From an uncultured Chthonomonadaceae bacterium (GTDB taxonomy: Bacteria > Armatimonadota > Chthonomonadetes > Chthonomonadales > Chthonomonadaceae), in the NCBI GenBank assembly GCA_963835065.1, contig CAWIEK010000044.1:128001-192000 (forward strand): a stretch of DNA of 64,000 nt, given 5' to 3'. The notes under the pieces are model-generated. The model had not been told where the DNA came from, searched no databases, and was given only the letters and a program-made list of their open reading frames with translations. A program made the translations under genes and the position numbers. Positions 18,644 to 28,701 of the stretch are shown here, piece after piece; position 1 is the first letter of the stretch; every line of letters starts with the position of its first letter.

Positions 18644-18681
18644 CATGGGATAAACTAAGCCATCGCGCCTGTATTTAGCCC

Positions 18682-20796
18682 ATGCCCGACACCCAACACT
18701 CAACACCCAATACCCTGCCCCGCCTGGACGAGTCGCTGCGTCTGCTGAAAGGCGTGGGGCAGCAAGCCGCGACCGCGCTGGAAAAACTGAACCTGCGCAC
18801 GGTTGGCGACCTGCTGCGCCATATACCGCGCCGGTGGGAGGATCGCACCAATTTTCGCAGCGTCAGTGATGTGCAGTCGGGCGAGTTTGTGACCGTGTGC
18901 GGCATTGTGATTGCAGTCAGCACCACGTACCCGAAGCCGAAAATGGCGATTACCAAAGTGCTGATTGACGATGACGGCGCGGCTTTAACGCTGACGTGGT
19001 TCAATCAGCCCTACATCGAGCGGACATTCGGGGCGTTGAAACTGTCGCGCAAGCCGATTGTCGTGTATGGACAGGCTAAGCGCTCGGGCTGGACGGTGGA
19101 AATAGCGAACCCGGAATGGGAAGAATTGGGCGAGGATGGCGACGCGCTGGGCGCGAACCGCATCGTTCCCATTTATCCGGCAACCGAAGGCGTCCGGCAA
19201 ATCCGCCTGCGCAAGCTGGTGTGGGAAGCGCTGCAAAATTACAGCGATGCCATTGACGAAACCCTGCCTGCGGACGTGATTTTGCGGCACAATCTGGTGG
19301 GCGCGCGTCATGCCGCCCGCAACATCCATTTTCCCGACAGCGACGCGGATTTACTCGCCTCGCGCCGACGGCTGATTTTTGAAGAGTTTTTCCTGCTGCA
19401 AGTGCTGCTCGCCGTCCGGCGCAAAGCCAACGCCCACGAAACACACGGCATCCGCTTTGCCATTGCGCCCGACAAGTTAAAAGAAGACCTGGCGCAAATC
19501 GTGCCGTTTCAATTGACCAACGCGCAGCAGCGCTCCATCGGCGAAATCGTCCGGGACGTGACGAGCGGTCACGCGATGAACCGGCTCTTGCAGGGCGATG
19601 TGGGCAGCGGCAAAACAATGGTCGCGCTCGCGGCTATTCTCATGGCGGTAGAAAACGGCTATCAGGCCGCGCTCATGGCTCCAACGGAAATTCTGGCGCA
19701 GCAGCATGCCATTGTCCTGCGCCGCTTGCTGGAACCGATTGGACTTGCCGTAGAACTATCCATCGGCAGCCAGACCGTTAAGGAAAAGCGCGAAGTACGG
19801 GAACGCTTGCTCGGCGGGCAGTCCCGAATCGCGGTCGGCACACACGCTCTAATACAGGAAGGCGTTGAATTCGCCAAACTCGGACTCGTCATCATTGACG
19901 AACAGCACCGTTTTGGCGTCTTGCAAAGACAGGCCCTTGCCCGCAAGGGACAGCGCCCGCATATTCTCGTAATGACGGCCACGCCCATCCCGCGAACGCT
20001 GACGCTGACGCTGTACGGCGACCTGGACGTATCCATTCTGGACGAACTGCCGCCGGGACGCAAGCCGATTACGACGCACTGGAAAGCGCAGGAGAAACGT
20101 AATCAAGTATACGCGGCAGCACAAAGATTGCTCAATGAAGGCCGGCAGGTGTATGTCGTCTGCCCGCTCGTGGAAGAAAGCGAAAAGTTACAGGCTAAAA
20201 GCGCCACGCAACTCAGCGAGCATATCGCCAACGAAGTGTTTCCGCAGTACCGCGTCGGATTATTGCACGGGCAGATGAAGCCGGACGAAAAAGACGCGAT
20301 CATGGCGAAGTTCAAAAAGCACGAACTGGATATTCTCGTGTCCACAACCGTGATTGAAGTCGGCATTGACGTGCCCAACGCCAGCGTGATTATCATTGAA
20401 GACGCGGACAGATTCGGATTGGCGCAGTTGCATCAGTTGCGGGGGCGCGTCGGGCGCGGGCAACACGCCAGTTTTTGCATTTTAATGGCCGAACCGAAAA
20501 CCGAAGACGGACGCGCCCGTATGGAAGTAATGACCGCCACGCAGGACGGCTTCAAAATCTCCGAAGAGGACTTGAAGCTGCGCGGGCCGGGCGAGTTCTA
20601 TGGGACTCGGCAATCCGGCCTGCCGGAACTCTATATCGCCGACATCGTGCGCGACATGGACATCCTGACGGAAACGCGGGAAACCGCCTTCGCTCTCGTC
20701 GAGTCCGACCCAAAACTGCTAAAGCCGGAAAACCAGCCCTTGCGCCGCGCCTTAGAACGCGCTAAAGTCGGCTTTGACCTGATAAATGTAAGCTGA
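18682..20796 (+). CDS. recG: ATP-dependent DNA helicase RecG
   Basis: LQGDVGSGKT, DEQH, MTATPIPRT, QLRGRVGRG. Confidence 0.98.
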   Translation: MPDTQHSTPNTLPRLDESLRLLKGVGQQAATALEKLNLRTVGDLLRHIPRRWEDRTNFRSVSDVQSGEFVTVCGIVIAVSTTYPKPKMAITKVLIDDDGAALTLTWFNQPYIERTFGALKLSRKPIVVYGQAKRSGWTVEIANPEWEELGEDGDALGANRIVPIYPATEGVRQIRLRKLVWEALQNYSDAIDETLPADVILRHNLVGARHAARNIHFPDSDADLLASRRRLIFEEFFLLQVLLAVRRKANAHETHGIRFAIAPDKLKEDLAQIVPFQLTNAQQRSIGEIVRDVTSGHAMNRLLQGDVGSGKTMVALAAILMAVENGYQAALMAPTEILAQQHAIVLRRLLEPIGLAVELSIGSQTVKEKREVRERLLGGQSRIAVGTHALIQEGVEFAKLGLVIIDEQHRFGVLQRQALARKGQRPHILVMTATPIPRTLTLTLYGDLDVSILDELPPGRKPITTHWKAQEKRNQVYAAAQRLLNEGRQVYVVCPLVEESEKLQAKSATQLSEHIANEVFPQYRVGLLHGQMKPDEKDAIMAKFKKHELDILVSTTVIEVGIDVPNASVIIIEDADRFGLAQLHQLRGRVGRGQHASFCILMAEPKTEDGRARMEVMTATQDGFKISEEDLKLRGPGEFYGTRQSGLPELYIADIVRDMDILTETRETAFALVESDPKLLKPENQPLRRALERAKVGFDLINVS

Positions 20797-20803
20797 GGCA
20801 GCT

Positions 20804-21289
20804 ATGACCTGCGCAGTGGTTCCCGGCAGTTTTGACCCGGTGACGAACGGGCATCTGGATATTATCGCGGGCGCGGCGCGGATGTTTGCCGACGTGCGCG
20901 TGGTGGTGGCGCGGAATTCGTCCAAGACGCCGCTGTTCACGGTTGACGAGCGCATGGAGATGCTGCGCGAAACCTGCCGTCCGTATGCCAATGTGCAGGT
21001 AGACTCGTTTGAGGGTTTGCTGGTACGCTATGCCGCGTCGCAATCCGCAACCGTGATTGTCAAGGGACTGCGCTTTGTGTCGGATTTTGAGTACGAGATG
21101 CAGATGGCGCTGGCGAACCGGCGTCAAAACGACGCGATACAAACCGTGTTTTTGCCGGCGGGAACCGAGTACGCCGCGCTGAGTTCCAGCATTGTTAAAG
21201 AACTCGCCCGTCATGGGGGAAATCTGGAAGGGTTGGTACCGAACATTGTCCAACAACGTCTCCAACAAAAATTCAGACCGGAAGCCTGA
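20804..21289 (+). CDS. coaD: Phosphopantetheine adenylyltransferase
   Basis: PGSFDPVTNGH, KGLR..SDFEYE, SSSIVKE. Confidence 0.97.
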   Translation: MTCAVVPGSFDPVTNGHLDIIAGAARMFADVRVVVARNSSKTPLFTVDERMEMLRETCRPYANVQVDSFEGLLVRYAASQSATVIVKGLRFVSDFEYEMQMALANRRQNDAIQTVFLPAGTEYAALSSSIVKELARHGGNLEGLVPNIVQQRLQQKFRPEA

Positions 21290-21374
21290 GCCGAAACCGG
21301 ATGTGGAAGCCGTTCCGATTGCCAACGCCCCTGTTGTGGAAGCCGGGATTGCGCCGGGAAACGCCCGCTCGCCA

Positions 21375-22091
21375 ATGGACGCGCCCCGGTTCGCCGCGCC
21401 GATGCACGGCGGCGTGGATATTCTGAAATTATTGACGGAACTGGAAGATCAGGTGGAAAACACGCGCAAGGGGCCGTTCAATAGCCTGCTTGGGTTTGAT
21501 GACGACAAGTTCCACATGACCATTATGAAGATTCGCGCCAACCTGCCCGAAGAAATGAAGCGGGCGTCCAAGCTGGCGCGCGATCAGGAGCGCATCGTCG
21601 AAGAAACGCTGGAAAGTTCGGAGCGCATCAAAGAGGAAGCGCGGCAGGCAGCCCTCGCCGACGTGGAGCGGGGCAAAAAAGAAGCCGCCGCCCTGCGCGA
21701 TCAGGGTCAACAGCAAGCCGAACAGGAACGGCAGGAAGCGCAAAGCGAAGCTCGCCGCCTGACCGCCGAAGCCAATACCGCCGTTGATCTCGCCCGGCAA
21801 GCCGCCGAGCGCGAGTCGCAGGAAGTGCAGGCGCAGGCACGGGAACACAGCCGCCAAACGTTGGCGGAAGCGCAGGCGCAGGCCGCGCATCTCATAGCCG
21901 ACCACCCCATCACGCAGCAGGCGCAGGCAAGGGCGCAGGATGTGCAGTTACGCGCCGAACACGAAGCGCAGGCCGTCCGGCGCGGCGCCGACGATTACGC
22001 CCGCGACGTGCTGATGAACTTAGAGAACGTCCTGAGCAAAGCCACGCTGCAAGTGCAACGCGGACGGGAAATGCTGGAGAAACCACGATAA
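21375..22091 (+). CDS. Coiled-coil protein (DivIVA / ATPase subunit b-like) between coaD and yceD
   Basis: DILKLLTELED..IRANLPEE..GADDYARDVL; start uncertain, may lie further upstream. Confidence 0.8.
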   Translation: MDAPRFAAPMHGGVDILKLLTELEDQVENTRKGPFNSLLGFDDDKFHMTIMKIRANLPEEMKRASKLARDQERIVEETLESSERIKEEARQAALADVERGKKEAAALRDQGQQQAEQERQEAQSEARRLTAEANTAVDLARQAAERESQEVQAQAREHSRQTLAEAQAQAAHLIADHPITQQAQARAQDVQLRAEHEAQAVRRGADDYARDVLMNLENVLSKATLQVQRGREMLEKPR

Positions 22092-22210
22092 GGCATCAGG
22101 CATCAGGCATTAGGCATTAGGACATTCCCTCTTGTGCCGATCCAACACTTACTTTTGTAGTAACGCATTCTGGGATTGTTCTAATGCCTAATGCCTGATG
22201 CCTGATGCCT
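22091..22210. repeat. Inverted tandem-heptamer element (GGCATYA)
   Basis: Perfect 30-bp arms 22091-22120 and 22181-22210 with C/T unit variants mirrored. Confidence 0.92.
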
Positions 22211-22224
22211 CCCCGGAGGGGGCT

Positions 22225-22795
22225 ATGCGCCTTGACATAACCGAAATACTGGGCGAGGTGGGCAAGAACCTGCCTTATGATATACAGGAACCGCCCCTCG
22301 TAGATGAAGATGTGGAATGTACGCGCCCGATTGAAGGGCGTATTACGTTCAACAACACGGGCGGGCTATTGCTGGTGACGGGCAAGGCCAATACCAACGT
22401 TGCCCTGCCGTGCAGCCGGTGCAATGAATACTTTGAGCAGCCTCTCGCGCTGGAAATTGACGAGTCGTTTGAACTGCGTCATTCCGGCGTCGGGACCGCG
22501 CACCACGCAAAACGTGGAAGTAATCGAAGAAGACGAAAGCCCGGTTGCGGGTAAACTGTTTGATGGACACGTCTTCGACCTGACCGAAATGCTGCGCCAA
22601 TACATTCTGTTGGACGAACCGACCCAGCCGCTGCCGCCCACGCAGACGGATGGCCGGTGCGCCCACTGTCACCGCCGCCCCGAAGAGGTGCTTCCCATAG
22701 CACCCGACGCGGACGCGGCACTGGATCCCACTGCGCCAACGCCCATCAACCCGGCGTTCGCCAAATTGAGTGAATTACTGAACAAGGAGGAGTAG
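22225..22795 (+). CDS. yceD: YceD/DUF177 family protein, frameshift near 22495
   Basis: CSRC motif in the first frame; FDLTEMLRQYILL..CAHC..INPAFAKL in the second; directly upstream of rpmF. Confidence 0.88.
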
Positions 22796-22911
22796 GCATT
22801 AGGCATTAGGCATTAGGCATTAGGAAGTTGCCATATAGCCTTGTGCCTATTTTAAGCGGCGAAGACGAGACAGGCATTTTCCTAATGCCTAATGCCTAAT
22901 GCCTAATGCCT
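22794..22911. repeat. Inverted tandem-heptamer element (GGCATTA)
   Basis: Perfect 33-bp arms 22794-22826 and 22879-22911. Confidence 0.92.
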
Positions 22912-22933
22912 TTCCCGAAAGGATAACCCAACC

Positions 22934-23131
22934 ATGCCTCTGCCAAAACGACGCCATTCCAATCAGCGCACGCGCAAGCGGCGCACCCATTATAAACTGA
23001 CGCACCATCCCGCGCTGGTTCCGAGCTTTGAAAAGCCGGGCGAGTTTACCCTGCTGCACCATGTAGACCCGTCTACGGGAAAATACAAAGGTCGGCAGGT
23101 CTTTGAAGCGCCGGACGAAACGCAGGCATAA
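22934..23131 (+). CDS. rpmF: 50S ribosomal protein bL32 (cysteine-free form)
   Basis: MPLPKRRHSNQRTRKRRTH...GKYKGRQV; synteny with yceD and plsX. Confidence 0.95.
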   Translation: MPLPKRRHSNQRTRKRRTHYKLTHHPALVPSFEKPGEFTLLHHVDPSTGKYKGRQVFEAPDETQA

Positions 23132-23132
23132 C

Positions 23133-24251
23133 ATGGCAGCCGCTCCGACCACAACTCAGACGGCAGCACAACCCTCCCCACCCAACGCCGTGGACGCGAC
23201 CCACAACTCCGTTCGCTGCGTGGCTGTGGACGCGATGGGCGGCGATATGGGCGCGGGCGAAGTCGCGCGCGGCGTTGTCGCCGCCGCGCAGTCGTCTCGG
23301 ATGCATTATCTGCTTGTCGGGGAACCGGGCGTTTTGCAGGCGGAACTGGCGCGCTGCAAATCGCGCCCTTCCAACGTGGAAATCGTTGCGGCCACGCAGG
23401 TGATCGAAATGACCGATCAGCCGACTGCCGCGTTCAAAAAGAAGCCGGACGCTTCCATTGTGGTTGCGGCGCGGCTGGTGAAAGAAAAAAGGGCGGACGC
23501 GCTCGTCAGCATCGGCAACACGGGCGCGGCAATGGCGGTATCGCTGCTCACATTGGGGCGCATACGCGGCATTGACCGTCCCGCGATTGCCACGCCCCTG
23601 CCGTGCAGTTCCGCGCACGGCACAACCATTTTGCTGGACGCGGGCGCAACGGTAGACTGCGACCCGAACAATTTGTACGAGTTTGCCCTGATGGGCGCGA
23701 TTTACGCGGAAGCCGTGTTTGACATTCCCAATCCCACCGTCGGCCTGCTTTCCAATGGCGAGGAAGACACCAAAGGCAACGAACTCGTCAAGCGGACGCG
23801 CGCCCTGTTTCAACAGGCGGCGCAGGGCGTGAACGGGCAGGTTCCGTTTCAGTATTACGGCAATGTTGAGGGGCGGGACGTGTTTCGCGGCACAACGGAC
23901 GTGGTTGTCTGCGACGGCTTTGTCGGTAACGTGTTTTTGAAGGCCAGCGAAGGCGTTGCGGAAATGATTATGGGCTTGATTAAGTCGGAACTGGGGTCAA
24001 GCGCATGGAAAATGCCGCTTGTCGCGCCTCTGCGTCCTTCTTTGCAGCGCGTCCGGGGGCGCATTGATTATTCCGAGCGGGGCGGAGCGCCGCTTTTGGG
24101 CATCAACGGCATCTGCATCATCGGGCATGGCCGCTCCAACGCTTACGCGGTCACAAACGCCTGCCGCGCCGCCGAACGCGCCATCGAACACAACATCATT
24201 GATCTGATTCGCAAGCGCGTCTGCGACATGCCTTCGCCGCCATCGGTTTAG
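23133..24251 (+). CDS. plsX: Phosphate acyltransferase PlsX
   Basis: AVDAMGGD, GNTGA, IDRPAI, VCDGFVGNV, HGRS. Confidence 0.97.
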   Translation: MAAAPTTTQTAAQPSPPNAVDATHNSVRCVAVDAMGGDMGAGEVARGVVAAAQSSRMHYLLVGEPGVLQAELARCKSRPSNVEIVAATQVIEMTDQPTAAFKKKPDASIVVAARLVKEKRADALVSIGNTGAAMAVSLLTLGRIRGIDRPAIATPLPCSSAHGTTILLDAGATVDCDPNNLYEFALMGAIYAEAVFDIPNPTVGLLSNGEEDTKGNELVKRTRALFQQAAQGVNGQVPFQYYGNVEGRDVFRGTTDVVVCDGFVGNVFLKASEGVAEMIMGLIKSELGSSAWKMPLVAPLRPSLQRVRGRIDYSERGGAPLLGINGICIIGHGRSNAYAVTNACRAAERAIEHNIIDLIRKRVCDMPSPPSV

Positions 24252-24254
24252 TAA

Positions 24255-24366
24255 GGGGTTCAGGTTTCAGGTGTCAGGGAAGCGCTACTCAAGCGCTTTC
24301 TTCAAGTAATATGCCTGATATACAAATAGTGACTTCCTGACACCTGATACCTGATACCTGAAACCT
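24255..24366. repeat. Inverted tandem-heptamer element (GGTDTCA)
   Basis: ggttcaggtttcaggtgtcagg ... cctgacacctgatacctgatacctgaaacct. Confidence 0.88.
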
Positions 24367-24390
24367 TCCAGAAAGCTCCATTTCCTCATT

Positions 24391-25377
24391 ATGCAAAATG
24401 CAGGCATTGCCGGATTGGGAATGTGCGTACCCGACCGGATTTTGACAAACAGCGAACTGGCGCAGACCGTAGACACCAATGACGAGTGGATCGCCAGCCG
24501 CACGGGGATACGGGAGCGGCGCGTGGCTGATGCGCAAACTGCCACTTCGGATTTGGCGATAGTAGCGGCGGAACGGGCGCTTGTGGACGCGAATATGAAG
24601 GCGGAAGACCTTGATCTTGTGCTGTGCGCGACCACTTCGGGCGATTACATCTGGCCGGCAACAGCCTGCGTGGTGCAGGGGAGGATTGGCGCAAAACGGG
24701 CGGCGGCGTTCGACCTGGGCGCGGCGTGTTCCGGCTTCTGCTATGGACTGGCGACAGCGGCGGGATTTATACAGTCGGGCGCGATGCGGCGTATTCTTGT
24801 TATTGGTGCGGACACGCTGACCAAACAATTGAACTGGCAGGATCGGGGAACGTGTATTTTGTTCGGGGATGGCGCGGGGGCAGCCGTTGTCACGCCGTGC
24901 AATGTCGAAGAAGGCATTTTGGCGTCGTCGTTGGGAGCGGATGGCAGTGGCATTGAGAGCGTGTGGATACCCGGCGGCGGGACGCGCACTCCGAACACGC
25001 CCGAAACGCTGGAACAAAAACTCAACTGCATCAGTATGCGCGGGCAGGAAGTGTATAAATTCGCGGTTCGCATCGTGCCGGAAGTAGTTGAGGACGTTTT
25101 ACGCAAAGTGTGCCTGCATCCCGCCGACATTGACCTGCTCGTGTTGCATCAGGCCAACATGCGTATTGTCGAGTCGGCCGCGCACCGCCTGAACGTGCCG
25201 ATGGAAAAAGTGGTCGTGAATCTGGACCGTTACGGCAACACGTCCGCCGCGTCCGTTCCCCTCGCCCTCGCGGAAGCGCAGCAACAGGGTAGAATCAAGC
25301 GCGGCGACATCGTTGTCACCGTCGGCTTCGGCGCAGGCTTAACGTGGGCCGCCAACATCATCCGCTGGCATCGCTGA
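24391..25377 (+). CDS. fabH: Beta-ketoacyl-ACP synthase III
   Basis: AACSGF, HQAN, YGNTSAAS, GFGAGLTW. Confidence 0.98.
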   Translation: MQNAGIAGLGMCVPDRILTNSELAQTVDTNDEWIASRTGIRERRVADAQTATSDLAIVAAERALVDANMKAEDLDLVLCATTSGDYIWPATACVVQGRIGAKRAAAFDLGAACSGFCYGLATAAGFIQSGAMRRILVIGADTLTKQLNWQDRGTCILFGDGAGAAVVTPCNVEEGILASSLGADGSGIESVWIPGGGTRTPNTPETLEQKLNCISMRGQEVYKFAVRIVPEVVEDVLRKVCLHPADIDLLVLHQANMRIVESAAHRLNVPMEKVVVNLDRYGNTSAASVPLALAEAQQQGRIKRGDIVVTVGFGAGLTWAANIIRWHR

Positions 25378-25414
25378 CGAGTGCGTAAGGACGAATGAAA
25401 AAGGAGAGGGAACC

Positions 25415-25711
25415 ATGTCTCTGCCGGAACTGATTGCCGAAATAAAAACCCTGCCCCGCGCCGACAAAGCCTGCCTGATGAAAACCCTGCTGGACGAGTT
25501 GATTGAAGATAATGCGAAATTAGCCGAAGCAAGCATAGCGTGGGAAATACGAAACTCCCCCTCAGTGGCGTATGCGCTTCAGCAATTACTGCATAAAGAA
25601 CGGGCGAAAGAGGAAGAGTTGGCGGGACAAATTCTACCGGCTGAGTGCGCTGTTTGGTCGCCATATGATGCTTATGAGGCGGCAGATACTATGAAGAAAG
25701 CAACGCAATGA
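25415..25711 (+). CDS. Small hypothetical, antitoxin-like protein
   Basis: GGAGAGG RBS; ends ..VWSPYDAYEAA..; function inferred only. Confidence 0.65.
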   Translation: MSLPELIAEIKTLPRADKACLMKTLLDELIEDNAKLAEASIAWEIRNSPSVAYALQQLLHKERAKEEELAGQILPAECAVWSPYDAYEAADTMKKATQ

Positions 25712-25995
25712 AGTTACGCAGACGTTTGCATATCAAAATCAGACCAAATAAAGTTGTAATCATCCAATTTCCCGGCAAATGGAAGCATTTTGGGTGGGTA
25801 GGCACATGGACGGTTAATAGCTCTCTTGAACGCTCTTATGACTTGGGCTTTGCCAAAGTAACGGTGTTCATATCCGGCGCCGGTGCAGCGTACCGCTTGA
25901 AGCAGAAAGAAAAAGAAGCGTTGCGACAGGCGCAGCAGCCATTCATTTTACTACGTCCGGCGTTTGCGCCAATGGCAGATAATGGCAAGAACTAG
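25708..25995 (+). CDS. Hypothetical protein
   Basis: ATGA overlap with the previous ORF; lower GC. Confidence 0.5.
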   Translation: MKLRRRLHIKIRPNKVVIIQFPGKWKHFGWVGTWTVNSSLERSYDLGFAKVTVFISGAGAAYRLKQKEKEALRQAQQPFILLRPAFAPMADNGKN

Positions 25996-26060
25996 ATCAG
26001 GCAGTAGTATGGATAGGCTTATCTTCGTGCTTCAAACGATAGTAAGCAGGCGAAAACAGA

Positions 26061-26303
26061 ATGAAATTAACTCGTATTTTCAGTCATCCGGGGCGCATGA
26101 ACGGGCAGCCGTGCGTGCGCGACTTGCGTTTGACTGTGCGGCGCGTGGTAGAACTTGTTGCCACATATCCTGACCGAACTGAACTCCAGCGCGAGTACCC
26201 GGAACTAGAGCCGGAGGACATACAGCAGGCATTGCATTATGCGGCGACGTACCTTGATGATCGTATCATAACTTTACCTTCCGCTTATGAAACTGCTGCT
26301 TGA
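26061..26303 (+). CDS. DUF433 antitoxin
   Basis: PGRMNGQPCVRDLRLTV..EYPELEPEDIQQALHYAA. Confidence 0.92.
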   Translation: MKLTRIFSHPGRMNGQPCVRDLRLTVRRVVELVATYPDRTELQREYPELEPEDIQQALHYAATYLDDRIITLPSAYETAA

Positions 26304-26661
26304 TCAGGGTTTGCCACGTTCCCGCGTCGCGCTGCTGCAAGGCATCGGTATTGACGCTGTGCATGTTGGCGACATCAACATGGCGACCGCTGAAGATACA
26401 GAAATTTTGCAGCGCGGGCTGGACGATCAGCGGGTTATCGTTACGCTGGATGCTGATTTTCATACGCATCTGGCGCTCACGGGAGTCGTGTTACCTTCTG
26501 TGATCCGAATCCGCATAGAAGGATTACGCGCAGAGGGATTTACGGCGCTGATACAAACGCTTTTGCCGGAATGTGAAGCGGATTTGCAGCAGGGCGCAGT
26601 GGTGACAGTGCAGGAAGGACGTATTCGCATACGCCGCCTGCCGCTCTTGCCTCAGAATTAA
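26287..26661 (+). CDS. DUF5615 (PIN-like) toxin
   Basis: MKLLLDQGLP..DTEIL..VIVTLDADF; overlaps the DUF433 gene. Confidence 0.92.
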   Translation: MKLLLDQGLPRSRVALLQGIGIDAVHVGDINMATAEDTEILQRGLDDQRVIVTLDADFHTHLALTGVVLPSVIRIRIEGLRAEGFTALIQTLLPECEADLQQGAVVTVQEGRIRIRRLPLLPQN

Positions 26662-26677
26662 GGAAGAGTAGTGCAAT

Positions 26678-27634
26678 ATGGGCAAAGTGGCTTTTTTGTT
26701 TCCGGGGCAGGGTTCGCAGAAGGTGGGCATGGGACGCTCGTTTTATGACCATTTTCCGCAGGCGCGAACGATATTCGACCATGCCTGCCAGACGCTCGGC
26801 TTTGATTTGCGGCATTTGTGCTTTGAAGGCCCGGAAGACGAACTGAAACAAACGGAAAATGCGCAGGTGGCGTTGTACGTCACGAGCATTGCCGCGTGGC
26901 GGTGTTGGGAAGCGTCGGCAAGTAACTGTGTGCCGGATGCGGTTGCCGGGCATAGCGTGGGGGAATACGCGGCTCTGGTCGCCGCCGGTTCGCTGGATTT
27001 TGCGGATGGCTTACAACTGGTGCGCAAGCGCGGCGAACTGATGCGCGACGCGGCGCAGAAAACAACCGGCACGATGGCGGCGATTTTGGGACTGGAAGCC
27101 GACGATGCCCGCGCCGCCTGCAAGGAAGCCAAGGATGCGGGCGCGGGATTGGTTACGGTCGCCAACCTGAACGGCGGCGGGCAAATCGTGATTTCCGGGG
27201 AAACGGCTGCGGTGGAAAAGGCGGGCGAGATCGCCAAAGCAAAGGGCGCGAAGCGCGTGATTCCGCTTGCCGTGTCCGGCGCGTTCCATTCGCCCCTGAT
27301 GGTGTCGGCGGGCGATGCGCTGTTCGCGTCCCTGTCCACAACCGCGTTCCGCAAGCCCACTGTGCCGATTGTGTCCAACGTCACGGCGCAGTTCGTGGAA
27401 ATGCCTTCCGACCTGACGGGCGGCCTGACGATGCAGGTCAGCGGAACCGTGCGCTGGGAGGAGTCCATGCGCCTGTTGCTGAACAACGGCTTTGATACGT
27501 TTATAGAATTGGGCAGTGGCGATGTGCTTTGCGGCCTGATGAAGCGCATAGACAAATCCGTCACGACCTACAGCGTCCAGGACGCGGCGGGCGCGCGGGA
27601 AACCGCGATTATACTGGACAAACTGCCGGAGTAA
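26678..27634 (+). CDS. fabD: Malonyl-CoA:ACP transacylase
   Basis: FPGQGSQ, GHSVGEY, VSGAFHS. Confidence 0.98.
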   Translation: MGKVAFLFPGQGSQKVGMGRSFYDHFPQARTIFDHACQTLGFDLRHLCFEGPEDELKQTENAQVALYVTSIAAWRCWEASASNCVPDAVAGHSVGEYAALVAAGSLDFADGLQLVRKRGELMRDAAQKTTGTMAAILGLEADDARAACKEAKDAGAGLVTVANLNGGGQIVISGETAAVEKAGEIAKAKGAKRVIPLAVSGAFHSPLMVSAGDALFASLSTTAFRKPTVPIVSNVTAQFVEMPSDLTGGLTMQVSGTVRWEESMRLLLNNGFDTFIELGSGDVLCGLMKRIDKSVTTYSVQDAAGARETAIILDKLPE

Positions 27635-27637
27635 GGA

Positions 27638-27766
27638 TTAACCACGGGGGACACGGGGAACACGAGAAGAAAAGAAGATAAAGAAGAGGAAAAGGGAGCT
27701 TTTTGCATCGTCAACTGAACACGGCTGCCTCCTTTCCTCCCCGTGTTCTCCTTTTCCCCTGGTTAA
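27638..27766. repeat. Degenerate inverted 9/10-mer element (ACACGGGGA family)
   Basis: ttaaccacgggggacacggggaacacg ... ccccgtgttctccttttcccctggttaa. Confidence 0.75.
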
Positions 27767-27789
27767 GATGCTTTTTAAGGGTGGGCCGG

Positions 27790-28533
27790 GTGAAGTTACA
27801 GAACAAAGTGGCGATTGTGACCGGGGCGGGACGCGGGATTGGACGCGCGATTGCGCTGGCATTGGCGCATGAAGGGGCGCAGGTTGTGGTAAACTACAGC
27901 CGAAGCGCGGATGCCGCCAATGAAGTGGTCGCGCAGATTGTCGCTGGGGGCGGCGAAGCCCTTGCCGTACAGGGGGATGTGGCGGACGGAGCGCAGGTGG
28001 AGGCGCTGGTCAGCGCGGCTCTGGAGCGGTTTGGGCGCGTGGATATTTTGGTCAACAACGCGGGGATTACGCGGGACAAGCTGATTTTGCGCATGACCGA
28101 AGCGGATTGGGACGCGGTTGTAGATACCAATTTGAAGGGCGCGTTTTTGTGCTGCAAGGCCGTCGCGCCGCGCATGGTGAAACAAAGAAGCGGCGTGATT
28201 ATCAACGTCGGGTCGGTGAACGGCAAAGTGGGCGCGGCGGGACAGGCCAATTATAGCGCGTCCAAAGCGGGGCTTATCGGCCTGACGAAATCGCTTGCCA
28301 AAGAATTGGGGTCGCGCAGCATCCGCGTCAACGCCGTTTCTCCCGGCTTTATTGAAACCGACATGACCGATGCGCTCAAAGAAGAGCAGCGTCAGGCGGT
28401 CATCCAACAGGTTCCTTTGGGGCGGTTGGGAACGGGCGAGGATGTGGCGCAGGTGATTGCGTTCTTGTGTTCGGACGCCGCTGCGTACATTCAAGGCGAA
28501 GTGATTGCGGTAGATGGTGGACTGTTTATGTGA
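27790..28533 (+). CDS. fabG: 3-oxoacyl-ACP reductase
   Basis: TGAGRGIG, NNAGITRD, YSASK, PGFIETDMT; GTG start. Confidence 0.97.
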   Translation: MKLQNKVAIVTGAGRGIGRAIALALAHEGAQVVVNYSRSADAANEVVAQIVAGGGEALAVQGDVADGAQVEALVSAALERFGRVDILVNNAGITRDKLILRMTEADWDAVVDTNLKGAFLCCKAVAPRMVKQRSGVIINVGSVNGKVGAAGQANYSASKAGLIGLTKSLAKELGSRSIRVNAVSPGFIETDMTDALKEEQRQAVIQQVPLGRLGTGEDVAQVIAFLCSDAAAYIQGEVIAVDGGLFM

Positions 28534-28564
28534 GGCGCGGCATTGCGACGACGCAGTAAAGTGC

Positions 28565-28663
28565 TTCGCTGTATAGCCTGCGGCCCAGTGTCCTTCGGAC
28601 ACAACTTGTTGCTTAAAGAGTATTCTGTCCGAAGGACAGTCGGCGGAACGCCATACAGCGAAG
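28565..28663. repeat. REP-doublet (REPIN/MITE-like) element, copy 2 (opposite orientation)
   Basis: Outer ttcgctgtat/atacagcgaa; inner hairpins tgtccttcggaca and tgtccgaaggaca; blocks shared with 7327-7447. Confidence 0.7.
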
Positions 28664-28701
28664 GGGTTCAGCCCGTCGCCAACAAAAATGGAGACTGCAC
28701 A

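Noticed and set aside
26743..28602. Long antisense ORFs opposite fabD and fabG (and similar shadows elsewhere)
   Set aside because: Expected shadow frames of GC-rich genes, with no motifs.
28543..28701. 53-aa N-terminal extension of the redoxin ORF
   Set aside because: It reads through the palindromic element; the RBS and signal peptide point to ATG 28702.
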